Shown: piece after piece, positions 25,376 to 39,164 of the stretch
How positions within the stretch are numbered: the first letter of the stretch is position 1
Layout of the letters: the number at the start of each line of letters is the position of its first letter
From: Octopus sinensis
Lineage: Eukaryota
Assembly (NCBI RefSeq): GCF_006345805.1
Contig: NC_043002.1
Span: forward strand, 111,104,001 to 111,168,000
DNA: 64,000 bases
Direction: 5' to 3'
The notes under the pieces: model-generated
Databases searched by the model: none
The model's input: the letters and a program-made list of their open reading frames with translations, nothing else
Told to the model about the DNA's origin: nothing
Made by a program: the position numbers and the translations under genes

Positions 25376-25451
25376 AGTAACTAGGTGGCAGTAGCAGCAG
25401 AGCCAGTATTCATATTAAATTTTGAGTGCTGGATATTATATATATATATAT

Positions 25452-25512
25452 ATAAATGGCGGTGCCCCAGCATGGCCACAGCTCATAAGCTGAAACTGGA
25501 ATCAATCAATCA
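25452..25512 (+). mobile_element. Family G retroelement 3' tail in a (TA)n tract
   Basis: ataaatggcggtgccccagcatggccacagctcataagctgaaactgg(aatc)n. Confidence 0.7.
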
Positions 25513-26085
25513 ATATATATATAGCAAATTGTTGGCAGCTTCTGTATAGGTTTAAAGTTCATTTAAGAGTATATAATATTAGTATTTGGGTAAAGGGTTA
25601 ATGTGGAAAGAAATTTTTTTATTTCCTGGAAAGGAATAAATCTCAACTCATAAAATGTTGTTAGGATTTAACTAATCTTTACTTGTGTATTTGAGTTGAA
25701 ATCAAGGCAATGTCTTAAACAGTAACGGATAATAAGAAAGTAACAACAATTCTGCTAAGTGAACTTCGTTTATATTTCATTCTTCTAAATTTACTGTCTT
25801 TGAAGTTTTGTAGCTCTGTCTTAAGTGATTGCAATTATTTTCTAATGAATAGAAACATTTGCTTCCATTCTCCTTGTAAATTTCTTTAAATAACACATTG
25901 GATTCACAAGATATATTTAATCTATTAGTGAAAAATGCAAATGTTACTGGTATGGATGGCTAAATAAAGAGCAATATCTTTATGGTAGCCATCTTTGGTT
26001 GGTTATATTCTGAAAGGCAACGATATGGAAGAACAATATTTTTATTCCTAATCATTTTAAATCATAAGAAATATCCATTTACTGT

Positions 26086-26462
26086 CATCATCATCATCGT
26101 CATCATTTAGCGTCCGCTTTCCATGCCAGCATGGGTTGGACGGTTCAACTGGGGTCTGTGAAGCCAGAAGGCTGCACCAGGCTCCAGTCTGATCTAGCAG
26201 TGTTTCTACGGCTGGATGCCCTTCCTAACGCCAACCACTCTGTGAGTGTAGTGGGTGCTTTTTACGTGCCACCCGCACAGGTGCCAGACGGAGCTGGCAA
26301 ATGGCCACGGACAGATGGTGCTTTTTACGTGCCACCGGCACGGGGGCCAGGCAAGGCTGGCAACGGCCACGATCAGATGGTGCTTTTTACGTGCCACCGA
26401 CACGGGGGCCAGGCGAGGCTGGCAACGGCCACGATCGGATGGTGCTTTTTACGTCCCACCGG
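26086..26462 (-). mobile_element. RTE LINE 3' end (family C) with ~60-bp unit array
   Basis: (atc)n tail; several tgctttttacgtgccacc..ggcaacggccacg units. Confidence 0.9.
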
Positions 26463-26594
26463 CTGTATTTGTTATAATTACATTTCAAGAAATAAAAAGC
26501 ACTTGTGACCCCAATATAATTTGAATTGAGAAACTTAGAACTGTTGGATGTTGTAAAACAGTGAATCAAATTTTTTACATTCTACAACATTTTG

Positions 26595-26740
26595 TGCTGG
26601 TGGCATGAAAAATGCACACAGCATCTAATTAACCAAAGCAGACACTGGAGTATGATACAGTCCTTGGACCCATGAAATCCTGTCAAACAATTCGACCCAT
26701 ACCAGCATGGAAATTGGTTGTTAAATGATGTTGAGGATGA
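26595..26740 (+). mobile_element. Decayed RTE (family C) 3' end
   Basis: ggtggcatgaaaaatgcac..cctgtcaaacaattcgacccataccagcatggaaa..ttaaatgatg. Confidence 0.6.
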
Positions 26741-27136
26741 TATATGTATATACAAATGCGTGTGCATGCACACACACACAACACACATATATATTATAGC
26801 TTTGTTCAAATTTTTACATTTATATATTTTATGGAATCCCTGAAAACATTAACTGTGGTGATGAGCATCATCTTCATAAATTCATTTTCACTACTTACTA
26901 AGTTTTACAGAAATTTCATGAAGCCATAAAATTTCTTTAAAACTTCGTATAAATGATAAAAGCTTCATGATGTGTATTTGTTCGGGTTGGAGGAAGTAGG
27001 AAAAAAGAAAAAGCAGGAAGTTATTGATTTGGTAGTTCTGAGTCATCTACATAATGAAATTGCTGTTACTGAACTAACTTAGTTGTTGGGTATGTTACAA
27101 GTATAGACTCACCAATGTATACGTATTTGACACACT

Positions 27137-27167
27137 TGTGTGTGTGTGTGGTGTGTGTGTGTGTGTG

Positions 27168-27212
<45 letters not shown>
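27137..27212. repeat. Compound (TG)n(TA)n microsatellite
   Basis: Direct reading. Confidence 0.95.
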
Positions 27213-27217
<5 letters not shown>

Positions 27218-27907
27218 TGTGCCTCATAAATAAATCTGTACTTATTCCTCTTTTTTCTTCTATGTAAGAATCTTGAATTTATTGGAACGTGTGTGTTTGT
27301 GTACTAAGGATATATATATATATATTATATATATGTATGTATATATATATATATATATATATAAATGCTCTAATGTGTGTGTGTACTAAGGATATTAGAC
27401 ATGCATATATGTATTACTGAAATGTTTTTGCTGTATTATATTGCAATCTGCAACATTGTAAACATACACATGAAACCTCTACAGCTTTTTACACTACTGC
27501 CTATTCCTCACCTCCCGTTCTCTACCAGTCACTCTAAAATAGAGGTCTTTGTCTGCATACATATGTTCTCTGCTTCACTGCTCATGCAATATGCCTGGTA
27601 CATATAAATATTTGTTTGAGTGTGGGATAAAGCCACTGGTTGATCAATGATAATAGTTGAAGACAAAGAACAAAAAGAGTTTAAGAAGCATGTACACATG
27701 CTGCACACCCACCCACCCTTCCTTGTTATCACATCTCTGATGATTGATATTGATAACTAGCCTCCCCCCCACACACACACAGTTGATGCTTAACTCTTTT
27801 TTGTTGTTTTTTATCATATCTCATGAAATACATTGGCTATTTTCTTTCAAGTAATTTTGAGAATAATCAGTAATTTGAAGGGATTTAGTAAAATACCTAC
27901 TTTATAT

Positions 27908-28325
27908 AGGCGCAGGAGTGGCTGTGTGGTAAGTAGCTTGCTAACCAACCACATGGTTCCAGGTTCAGTCCCACTGCGTGGCATCTTGGGCAAGTGTCTT
28001 CTGCTATAGCCCCGGGCCGACCAATGCCTTGTGAGTGGATTTGGTAGACGGAAACTGAAAGAAGCCTGTCGTATATATGTAAATATATATATGTATGCGT
28101 GTGTATATGTTTGTGTGTCTGTGGTTGTCCCCCTAGCATTGCTTGACAACCGATGCTGGTGTGTTTACGTCCCCGTCACTTAGCGGTTCGGCAAAAGAGA
28201 CCGATAGAATAAGTACTGGGCTTACAAAGAATAAGTCCCGGGGTCGATTTGCTCAACTAAAGGCAGTGCTCCAGCATGGCCACAGTCAAATGACTGAAAG
28301 AAGTAAAAGAAGAAAAGAAAAGAAT
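27908..28325 (+). mobile_element. SINE family A
   Basis: Full match to consensus. Confidence 0.92.
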
Positions 28326-28672
28326 ATATTCAGAGATATGAAGTGAATGAGGCAGATTGTGTCACTATCCAGCCTATGAAGGTTGGCATTGTAAACAAAT
28401 GTATGTTAATGACATCTCATGTAAAAACAAAACAACTTCCAGGGTACAAAACATATCTACATATATGGCCAGCTGTAATTCCAGCACCTATTAAAGATGT
28501 TAACCTTAATATCATTAGATATCTGTATTGTTAACCAATCAATTAGTAGTAGCAATTTAAAACTACTGGTTTATTCCCAGCATAGGAACTCTTTGTTATG
28601 ATATCTGAAGTTCTAGGACTTTACCAGACTGTATAGAAACTAAGTTACATTATTTCAGTCAACACTCCCTTA

Positions 28673-29060
28673 AGATACAAAAACACATACACATGCTCTC
28701 TCACTCTCTCCCCATTCATCACCCTCTTGTACCATCTTATATCCCTCCCCGCCACTACACACTCAATAACACTATAAAATGGTCTAAACTTAAATTCTAT
28801 TCCCCAAGATCTTAGACCCTCCTTGGAGTAAACATCCTAACCAACTACAAAAGAAACCAACAAAACAATTTTTTCTTCTTCCCTCTTTCCCTTTTCTCCT
28901 TTCTCCTTTTTTTCTTTAACACTTCTTCCAGATACTAAAACACACACACACGCACATGCTCTCTCTCTCACTTTCTCCCCATTCATCACCCTCTTGTACT
29001 AACTTATATCCCTCCCTACCACTACACACTCAATAACACTATAAAATGTTCGAAACTTTT
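28673..29060 (+). repeat. ~120-bp direct repeat pair upstream of the Penelope relic
   Basis: gatac..aaaacaca..catgctctctc..ccccattcatcaccctcttgtac..ccactacacactcaataacactataaaatg at ~28673 and ~28931. Confidence 0.85.
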
Positions 29061-29255
29061 TCACAGGAACTTGGTTCGATTTGAAAACCCCACTAGAATG
29101 GGAGAAAGTGCTAATATATGATATATGATATATGATAAAAGTTATATGATGTATAAAAACATGTAATATACAAATATCTGTAAATATAAAACCATCCGAA
29201 TTTCTGAGTACCTCATTTCTTTTAATTTAAAATACCTGTACATCATCTCCAAACC

Positions 29256-29295
<40 letters not shown>

Positions 29296-29299
<4 letters not shown>

Positions 29300-30590
29300 T
29301 AGAGAATTATACCAACAAACTCCCACATCACATCAAAAAAGAGTTCATCATGGAAGGGCTAAAATTCATCATGGAAAATAACTACTTTGTCTTCAAAGAC
29401 AACTTCTACTGACAAAAATCGGGGACTGCGATGGGTTCAAGAATGGCCCCCTCCTTTGCTAACCTAGTCATGTGATATCTAGAAATTAGTCTTTATCGTA
29501 AGATTCTAGAAAAATACGGCAGCCCATTCTCCCTCTACATAGAAAATAACTGGAAGAGATACCTGGATGACTGTTTCATTCTTTGGTATGAAAGTATAGA
29601 AAAACTTAAAGAATTCCAAGCACTTATAAATGGACTTGACATAAACATTCAATTCACGATGGAATATATCCATTAACAACTTGCCTTCCTCGACATCCTC
29701 ATTAAGAAATCTAACAACATAATAGAAACAGATATATACTATAAGCCCACGGACTCCAAGCAATATCTACCGTTCAACTCATGCCACCCCAGACACACCA
29801 GAATGAATATTCCCTTCAACCTGGCAAATAGGATATATACTATAGTTCCTAATGCAAACACCAGAGACACACGACTACATGAACTAAAGGATACACTTAT
29901 CACCAGGAACTATCCACCTTCACTAATTGACGTATGCTTTCAATGTGCCCTTCAACTCAACATCCAGGAAATTAGATATCCCAAATAAAAGGATTTACAA
30001 TCAAAAGCCTTACCATACATCTCCACACACAACCCTCTCAACAATGAAGCCTTTGACACCATCCTTCAAAACATTCCCCTGCTAAAAAAGGACCACAGAA
30101 TAAACTTAATCCTCCAAACACACACCATCATAAAAAGCAAGAGGCAACCCAAGTCTATGAAAAGTTTCCTAACACAAGCCCAAATGCGCTCAACAACAAC
30201 GTCAGTAAAAAAAATGTGGAAGACCCAACTGTGGGATATGCATCAATTTAATTGAGGGATCAGAGTTCTCCTTCAAACAGGGGCAATGTTTCACAGTGAA
30301 AAGCAACTTCACATGTGCTTCGGAGAACCTGATATATGCACTAACCTACTCTGGGTGTCAAGAGCAATACATAGGCCAAACAAAAAACAGTCTACGCAAA
30401 AGAATGGCTCTGCACAGATCCCAGATCAAAATTCCCCAAAACAGAAAAGTAGCATTCAGCCAACACATAGACATTTGCGCCAATAACAAAAATCCAAGAT
30501 TCAAAATTTTTCCCCTCTACCAATTCAGGGACAATACAACCTGTAGCCAACGAATTAGTAAAGAGACTCTCTTTATTACAAAATATGCAT
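29296..30590 (+). mobile_element. Penelope-like element relic (RT + linker Zn finger + GIY-YIG endonuclease)
   Basis: GTAMGSRMAPSFANLVM, WKRYLDDCFILW, FLDILI, YYKPTDSKQYL..SCHPRH..NIPFNLA.RI, KCGRPNCGIC (30212-30241), NLIYALTYSGCQEQYIGQT..LRKRMALHRSQI; in-frame stops and frameshifts. Confidence 0.93.
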
Positions 30591-30653
30591 ATCTACATGT
30601 TTTCACATGTTCACACATACATTTTTTTCTTGAATGAACATGGGTAAAAATAT

Positions 30654-30833
30654 GAGTGGCTGTGTGGTAAGTAGCTTGCTAACCAACCACATGGTTCTGG
30701 GTTCAGTCCCACTGCGCGGCATCTTGGGCAAGTGTCTTCTGCTATAGCCCTTGGCCAACCAATGCCTTGTGAGTGGATTTGGTAGACGGAAACTGAAAGA
30801 AGCCTGTCGTATATATGTGTGTATATATATATA

Positions 30834-30871
<38 letters not shown>

Positions 30872-31067
30872 TTGTTTGTCCTAGCATTGCTTGACAACCG
30901 ATGCTGATGTGTTTACGTCTCCGTCACTTTGCAGTTCGGCAAAAGAGACTGATAGAATAAGTACTGGGCTTACAAAAAGAATAAGTCCCGGGGTCGATTT
31001 ACTCGAGACTAAAGGCAGTGCTCCAGCATGGCCGCAGTCAAATGACTGAAACAAGTAAAAGAGAGTA
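30654..31067 (+). mobile_element. SINE family A
   Basis: Match to consensus; follows the Penelope relic. Confidence 0.92.
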
Positions 31068-32167
31068 TGTGAAACTGGACACTGGGACTGGGAAAAAAAA
31101 CAGAAATTCAACGGACCTTTCCCCACTTCTTCTCTGTCTCTCTCTCTTTCACCTTGGTTTTTGAGTTAATTATTACCAAGCTCAGAAAAGAAAAATCAAT
31201 ATTGTTGACAGAATCAATACTATGCAGCAATGTTTATCACCTTCCTTTTCGCTCATTTGTTAACCTTGTTTTTCTCTAAGCTTTTATCATTTTACTTCAC
31301 CTGTTGACAAATGGATTGTATTTTAGTACTCTATTTGCTACATGGCTATTATTATACAGAGTTTACCCAGTTTTGGTTATAAGTCATATGAGATATTAGT
31401 TTGTTTTTGTTTTTGTTTTTACCTCATCTCTCATTTCATTCATTCTCAAAAGTTATTTGCTGTCAATTTCAAACTTAAATCACTTTTCCTTTCTCCCCCC
31501 CACCCACTACACTCTCTCAACAAGCATTAAAAAAAAAAATTAAATGATTTATTTTTCAACAGCTGTATGAAGAAAACAACTTAAAATCTTAACAATTATT
31601 CAACAAATAACAAGCCAAAAATATTTTATTGGCTGTTTATTACATTATGTTGAATTCTGAAAAAAAAAAAAAAAAAAAAGGGCGGGGGGGAAAAACATTG
31701 TAAACAACATTGTTAGAAAACTTAATTCCCTTGATGTATCACTTCAGTTGTCTGAGAAGAAAATAGACAAGAGATGAGATGTGTATATTCTTTGTAAATA
31801 TTCAGTGTAATGTTTCATTAGCATCTTATTACTTTTCTCTTAAATGCAGAAAATTGTATCTCATCTTTTCCCAATGTTATCTTTAATGATCACTGTTACG
31901 TAACTGGAAGCAAGTGTTGTTTTGTTGCTTCATAAAACTGCTGTAAAACATGGGAAATTATTCTTTTTATATGTTTTGTCTTGTATTTCTGTTTCACACA
32001 TATATATCATCATTGTTTTATATATATATATATATATAAACTTGGAGAAGAGAAATAGAGAAATAACGCGTGCGTTCGGTCATATAGTAATATAATAAAT
32101 AAATAAAATATATGCATATATACATACATATATGTACATTCTTACATCTACATGTATATATACATGC

Positions 32168-32298
32168 TATGGTTTCAGGTTCAGTCCCACTGCGTGGCAC
32201 TTTGGGTACGTGTCTTCCACTATAGCCCCGAGCCGACCGGAGCTTTGTGATTGAATTCGGTAGGTGGAAGTTAATGCCGTGTGTGTATGTGTGCGTAT
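32168..32298 (+). mobile_element. Diverged partial family-A-related SINE head
   Basis: ggtttcaggttcagtcccactgcgtggcactttgggtacgtgtcttccactatagccccgagccgacc. Confidence 0.7.
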
Positions 32299-33073
32299 AG
32301 CTGCTCAGTGCCTCTCCGAAAGAGAGAGAGGGATATATATATATATGAGTACAGGATACCACAAATAAATGTAGAACACAACGAGAGACGAGAACATAAA
32401 ATCAAACAAGGAAACGGACTTTTTTTAAACAACGAAAAAACAGAGTACAGGACAAACAATACAAGGAAAATTCCCCTTCATCAGCTGTCCCTGGTTCGAG
32501 ATATATATATATATCCATACACCACTTATCATTATAGCCATCAACACCACTGTCAAGTTTCTTCTGACTAGAAAGGAAGAAAAGTGGCATCATCTTCACT
32601 CAACATATGAATACAACAGAGTGGTGACATTTAGTAGTGGTGACCCAGATATTGTTCCTCTTCGATTACTGTCACAAACAGTAGTAGCTTTCTTCAATTG
32701 AATACATATCGTTCATTGGTTGAAATTACCCAAATACAATACAACAACTTTAACATGAAATAACTTCTAAAATACTAAATTTTGTCGAAAATATTCAAAG
32801 TAAACCATGTTCTGCGTGAGACAACCCACCAGTATACGAAATTTCAAACTTTTTAGTTTTTAAAAAAAATTAATTAAAAAATCTGTGAGTCTAACTGAAC
32901 AGATCTCTTATCTGTTTTGATAGGGTACACAGAACCTTTAAAATTTTATAATTCTTAAGCTTTAGTATGATAGAAATTAATATCTGAAAATGTTTACAAA
33001 AAGAAATTTAGCTTTTAATGTTTAAATTCTTGGCTTGTCATCACAGATATTTAAAATCTCACTTATTTAAAAT

Positions 33074-33242
33074 CGCAGGAGTGGCTGTGTGGTAAGTAGC
33101 TTGCTAACCAACCACATGGTTCCAGGTTCAATCCCACTGCGTGGCTTCTTGGACAGGTGTCTTCTGCTATAGCCCCGGGCTGACCAATGCCTTGTGAGTG
33201 GATTTGGTAGACGGAAACTGAAAGAAGCCTGTCGTATATATG

Positions 33243-33275
<33 letters not shown>

Positions 33276-33480
33276 TTGTGTGTCTGCTGTGTTTGTCCCC
33301 CTAGCATTGCTTGACAACCGATGCTGGTGTGTTTACGTCCCCGTCACTTAGCGGTTCGGCAAAAGAGACCGATAGAATAAGTACTGGGCTTACAAAGAAT
33401 AAGTCCCGGGGTCGATTTGCTCGACTAAAGGCGGTGCTCCAGCATGGCCGCAGTCAAATGACTGAAACAAGTAAAAGAGA
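33074..33480 (+). mobile_element. SINE family A
   Basis: Full match. Confidence 0.92.
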
Positions 33481-34344
33481 TTATTTTCTAAATGTCATAA
33501 CTGTGCCACTGGAATTCAAAGGCTAGGTGTCAAAAGCTTCAACAGACAGGTTATTAGAAGTACAAATTTCTTATGTTTCACAGAAGTTAAAATTGTTCCT
33601 AAATTGGATACTGCAACATCCTGGTGTTCTTGTATTTTGTGTTTATATACACACACCACGTATCATTATTGCTAGCAGCACTCTAGCATTTCATTTCACA
33701 TTGTGTATCTTGGAAATCTTTCCTTGTTCTGTTGCTTTGCATGATACCTTTCAATCTGCCCCTCTTCCAATTACTCTCTCTCTCTCTCTCTCACCCATCC
33801 CCCAACAACTATACTGCTGCTGCTGCTACTACCACTGAAATTAGTTCCTGTATTCCAACCAATTCCTAACCTCTAACACTAGTAAGATTCTCTCCACCAG
33901 CTTAATACTACTTCCCCACCCATCTAGCCTCAGTGAACTTCAGTAGAATGGAGGTAGTTTTCTTTTTTGATATAATAAAATAAATAGTTTCTTTTAATGT
34001 ATAGCTTGTTAATTCATAGTGATCGGGCTTATTTTGGTATTAAAATAACCTACATCAAGTTTATTATTGATTATTTGTACAGTTTATTTAGAGTAATTTG
34101 TGGTGCTTTTATCTAAAGCAAATTGTAAGAAAAAGAAACAAATTAGTAAATATGAAACTTTAGAAGTGAAAAAGACTTTCATTTCATCATCATGTGTATT
34201 GTTTTAATGTCGGTTTTGTGACACTCTTAGAAGTTAAAGAGATCTCTGATACAGCATCAGCTTTCTAAAGCACATGATTCTGAGTCATCAATCCTTACAA
34301 TATTCTCTGATTTGGTCTGTTTCCTCTGATTTTTTATTTGATCT

Positions 34345-34510
34345 AGGCGCAGGAATGGCTGTGTGGTAAGTAGCTTGCTAACCAACCACATGGTTCCGGG
34401 TTCAGTCCCACTGCGTGGCATCTTGGGCAAGTGTCTTCTGCTATAGCCCCGGGCCGACCAATGCCTTGTGAGTGGATTTGGTAGACGGAAACTGAAAGAA
34501 GCCTGTCGTA

Positions 34511-34560
<50 letters not shown>

Positions 34561-34800
34561 ATATATATAAATGTTTGTGTGTGTTTGTCTGTGTCTGTCC
34601 CCCCAACATCGCTTGACAACCGATGCTGGTGTGTTTACGTTCCCATCACTTAGCGGTTCGGCAAAAAGAGACCGATAGAATAAGTACTGGGCTTACAAAG
34701 AATAAGTCCCGGGGTCGAGTTGCTCGATTAAAGGCGGTGCTCCAGCATGGCCGCAGTCAAATGACTGAAACAAGTAAAAGAAAGAGAAAGAGAAAAGAGA
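34345..34800 (+). mobile_element. SINE family A
   Basis: Full match; long internal (TA)n. Confidence 0.92.
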
Positions 34801-35109
34801 TCTACAAGTGAGACTTTCCACTGCCATACATCGATTCTTCATATTTGTGCAAAATATAACAATCTTCTTTCTTGCATAAATGAATCAATTCCTTAATCAA
34901 TCACTTGGTTTTGCAATTTATTTCTGTTAATTAATATCACCAACAGATTATACTCAACTTATTCCACTCCTATCACTGCAATCACCCACATATTCCGCTA
35001 TTATACAATATTACATTTCTTAACTTGTTCACCAATTTTATGAAATCTATTCATTGTAGAAACGAATGTCTGATATTTACATCACCTTCGATAATATCTT
35101 CATTAATGG

Positions 35110-35440
35110 GCGCCTTGGGCATGTGTCTTCTACTATGGCCTCGGGTCGACCAAAGCCTTGTGAGTGGATTTGGTAGATGGAAACTGAAAGAAGCTTGTCG
35201 TATATATATATATATATATATAAATGTTTGTGTGTGTTTGTCTGTGTCTGTCCCCCCAACATCGCTTGACACCCGATGCTGGTGTGTTTACGTCCCTGTA
35301 ACTTAGCGGTTCGGCAAAAGAGACCGATAGAATAAGTACTAGGCTTACAAAGAATAAGTCCTGGGGTCGATTTGCTCGACTAAAGGCGGTGCTCTAGCAT
35401 GGTCGCAGTCAAATGACTGAAACGAGTAAAAGAGAGAGAG
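35110..35440 (+). mobile_element. SINE family A, 5'-truncated
   Basis: Begins at gccttgggcatgtgtcttc. Confidence 0.9.
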
Positions 35441-37684
35441 TGAATTTCACAATAACTTTCCCCTCTCTTTATTTTCATATTAATCAAGTTTGGCAATACG
35501 TAATTTTTGGCGTTGAAAATCATTGCTCTATCTACAAAGCGTTATTTGCTTGAGTCTTTAACGAAACATTGTGTAGTTCCATTTTATTCTTTGTAAGTTA
35601 TATTTACACAAACTCTCTAAATTTACTTAATTCTTTGCTGTAATTTTCCTTTGTATTTTTAATCTTAGAATCCTGTAAATATCTACCGTTTCCTAGAGAT
35701 AGGTATCTAATGTCCAGTTAATATACTAGATAGTCCTGATCTTTGCACAGTAAATAGTGCTGAGAGTGATATCTGAGATACAGCTTCACAGTTGCATAAC
35801 CCCAGAAGCCTTATAATGGATTTTATATAGCTCTTTCTTGATATAAAGATTCATCAGGTATATTCTTCTTTTATGAATGACTGATAACATCTGTTAGTGT
35901 TTATCAGCATGTTGGCTTCATTTACTGTCTAGTTATCTCCTTAATGCATCCAAGAGTGATATTTACCATAAATATGTCTCTCTCAGTGTTCTCACATTCA
36001 CAGAACAGAATTAGCAGCCAGCCTTATACTCGAAATATTATCCCTCTGTCTTTTTTATTTCAGTGCTTTTGCTTGTATATTTTTTGATATTATAATTGAT
36101 AAGCAGTGTCAACAAACTAGCAGAAGGATCATTTGGATGGGACATTAGTGTGTTGTCATGAAATTGGATAACATTATTATTGTAATGAATTTTGAGTCTA
36201 CTTTTTAAAATTAAAGCACAAGTTCCTGGAGCTCTGTAAGCCAATAAATTTACCATTATGTTGCCAAGTCCATGTTATCTTGGTTGAGCAGACAGTTATA
36301 AACATGGTGTGTACTATTAGAGAAGAATCTCCCCAACTTTCATTGATTGGATGATAGTGTACCTGCAGTAGAGGTAGATTAAAGAAGAGGGGATATACTA
36401 ATTAAATTCAGACCTTACTTAGAAGAATGGCTTTCATAGTTAAGCTGATCTAAAACCAGAACTGGTATGAATTTCAAAGGTGTTTAGTTGTTTTTCTGTC
36501 TGGACTATTGTTACAGTAAGATTACTTTTTTCATAAATGCTTATTTTCTATCAGATACTCTAAAATAATAAGAGTAAAGTATCCTGGGACAAAAATTAAT
36601 ATCTACTACAGGATATGAATTTACGAATTTCGCAGTCATTTCTTTCTATTCATACATTCTTTTGTGGAGACCAGTTCTTACTCCACACAATATTATTCCT
36701 TTCTCATTTCTTCTTTTTATTGCTAAGGAAATAAAAGTTAACGCCTTGACCAGAGTATTTATGCATGACCCGACACCTTAGCAAAATATTCAAATTTATG
36801 TTTTTTTAAAGTGTACATAGTATGTAAGTTAGAATATTGTTTTGTTTTTCTTTCTTTTCTTTTCTATGTCTGTAACAAAAGCATTTATTCAAAACTTTGT
36901 AAATCTTCAAGAAGCAAATTAAAAAAGCTCTGAAATAGATTTATATTTATTTATTACAATTTTATTTTTGAATTGTTAAAGAAATTCTATAATAATACAT
37001 TTCAGATCAAATTAAACTTTTGCAAGAAACACAACAATAAAAAGATAAAGAAGAAATACAAATTAACCGTTTTAGTTATTATTACAGGATTTGTAATGAG
37101 TCGGTATTTCTGGCTTGTAGGAGGTTTTATTTTTTTGTCTATTGTATCACTTGCTTACCGATTACAGACAGAGAATCTGAAAGTAGGAATATTCTATAGA
37201 TAGAGACTTTTAGCAATGTTAGATTTTCTGCTATTTAAATAGAAATTTATTTTAAGACTTTGGCTCTGATTATCATCTTGCAACACTAACCTTGTACTGT
37301 TTTGTACTGCTTTTTTATTTCTTTTTTTATTTGTCACTTGATATTTTATTAGTGTTGGCAACAAAGCCAATATCTGTAGACATTTTACTGATACATAAAA
37401 CAGAAAAGAACTTGAATGAATACAATTTCACATTGTATATATGTGTATGCTTTTGCACACGCGCATGCACAAAGGGCTCTTTTACATTTAAAAGTTCCGT
37501 CAATGAATTGCTTCTCATCTTCTTAGTCTTTCCTACAGTTTTTAAAAAAGCACTTCTAATCTTTGTAGAAGAATTATAACCTTACTATTAGCAAGTTATT
37601 TCTTTTCAGATCTCATGTTTCTAGCTTTTACAAGTAGATTTAGTTTTGTTAAAATATATTGAAGATTAAATTATGATCATTAAA

Positions 37685-38038
37685 GGCCGTTGCCAGCGCC
37701 ACCTCGACTGGCTTCTGTGCCGGTGGCACATAAAAAGCACCATCCGAACGTGGCCGATGCCAGCACTGCCTTGGCTGGTTTCCGTGCCGGTGGCACGTTA
37801 AAAGCACCAACCGATCGTGGCCAATGCCAGACCCCCCCCTCTCCTGACACCTGTGCAGGTGGCACGTAAAAAGCACCCACTACACTCACAGAGTGGTTGG
37901 CGTTAGGAAGGGCATCCAGCTGTAGAAACACTGCCAGATCAGACTGGAGCCTGGTGCAGCCCTGACTTCCCAGACTCCAGTCGAACTGTCCAACTCGTGC
38001 TAGCGCGGAAAACGGACGTTAAACGATGATGATGATGA
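37685..38038 (+). mobile_element. RTE LINE 3' end (family C)
   Basis: Three ggtggcac(a/g)taaaaagcacc units, conserved terminal block, (gat)n tail. Confidence 0.9.
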
Positions 38039-38705
38039 AAGTAGTTTCCCTGCAATGTTCTGTGTTTATTTCTTTGATTTTGCTAAGTTAACACTCTCAG
38101 AGCTGAACCCCTGTGTCTGTCTTTGCCCTCCACCTGGACTCCTGAGCAAACAATTAAGTAGTTGCATATACAGAATAATGACTGCAGGCAAACTAATGGA
38201 CAGAATCACATAAAAAAAGAAAAAAATTCAGAATAACAATAATAATAGGCCTACCATTCAACTACTGTATTTGTTCATCCTAATTGCTGCTTTCTTCGTC
38301 TCTTTCGCCAGTTTGATTGTCCACAACACTTTCATTGTCCGCATATGCGTAAACACTCCATCTGAAAAATAAATGTCATCAATAATTTTCTTGATTGTAA
38401 AGAGTCTAGGCCTTGCTTGTTTATGAGATAAAGTGCTGGGTTTGTTACACACTTGTTTCATTGCAAAAAGAAATAAGTCCCCCTTTCCTCTTTATCCAAT
38501 TAAAAACAAAACTATGGGGGATATCATTAACAATTGAATCATAAATACACTCGATTACAAAGGTGCAATGTGATTGCTTATATATGTATTTTATTTTTTT
38601 CTATGTGTTGTTCCCTGCTGCTTTAACTGGAATCCAGAAGAGATTACATTTAGGTTATTCCTATCATACCAGGTACATGGTACCATAGTGGTAGGGTTAA
38701 TTTAA

Positions 38706-38926
38706 CCCTTTAGCATTTAAACCGGCCATATCCGGCCAAAAATATTCTGCCTGTTATATGTTCAAACTGGCCAGATCTGGTCTCTCACACCAACCCTACA
38801 ATATTGTTTTAAAAATTAACAGCTACCTCATCAGAATCTCATAGCTATAAGATAATGCATGATTAGTTCAAAACAATGAGGATGAAAAGGCATTAATTTC
38901 GGCAGAATAATGCGAACACTAAAGGG
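38706..38926 (+). mobile_element. piggyBac-type MITE, family E (221 bp)
   Basis: TTAA|ccctttagcatt...aacactaaaggg|TTAA. Confidence 0.9.
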
Positions 38927-39164
38927 TTAAACTGGTGAAATAAACAAATCTCAAATACATAAATGTATAATGCTTTCTCCATCTGCATCCAATTCATGTT
39001 AAATTTCTTGTAATGATATAAATTACAAGGATCTATACTCTAGGGCATGTCATGAGTTCTTGGACATCAAGCAATACAATTTGCAATTGGCATTAATAAC
39101 AGTAATCTTTCATCTTGGAAGACTGAAGCAGCTAATATATATGGCTTACAGATTTTATAGAAAA

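Noticed and set aside
32345-32500. CTGATGAAG motif on the minus strand in a TA-flanked fragment as a hammerhead
   Set aside because: No GAAA after the candidate helix II; at most a PLE-like scrap.
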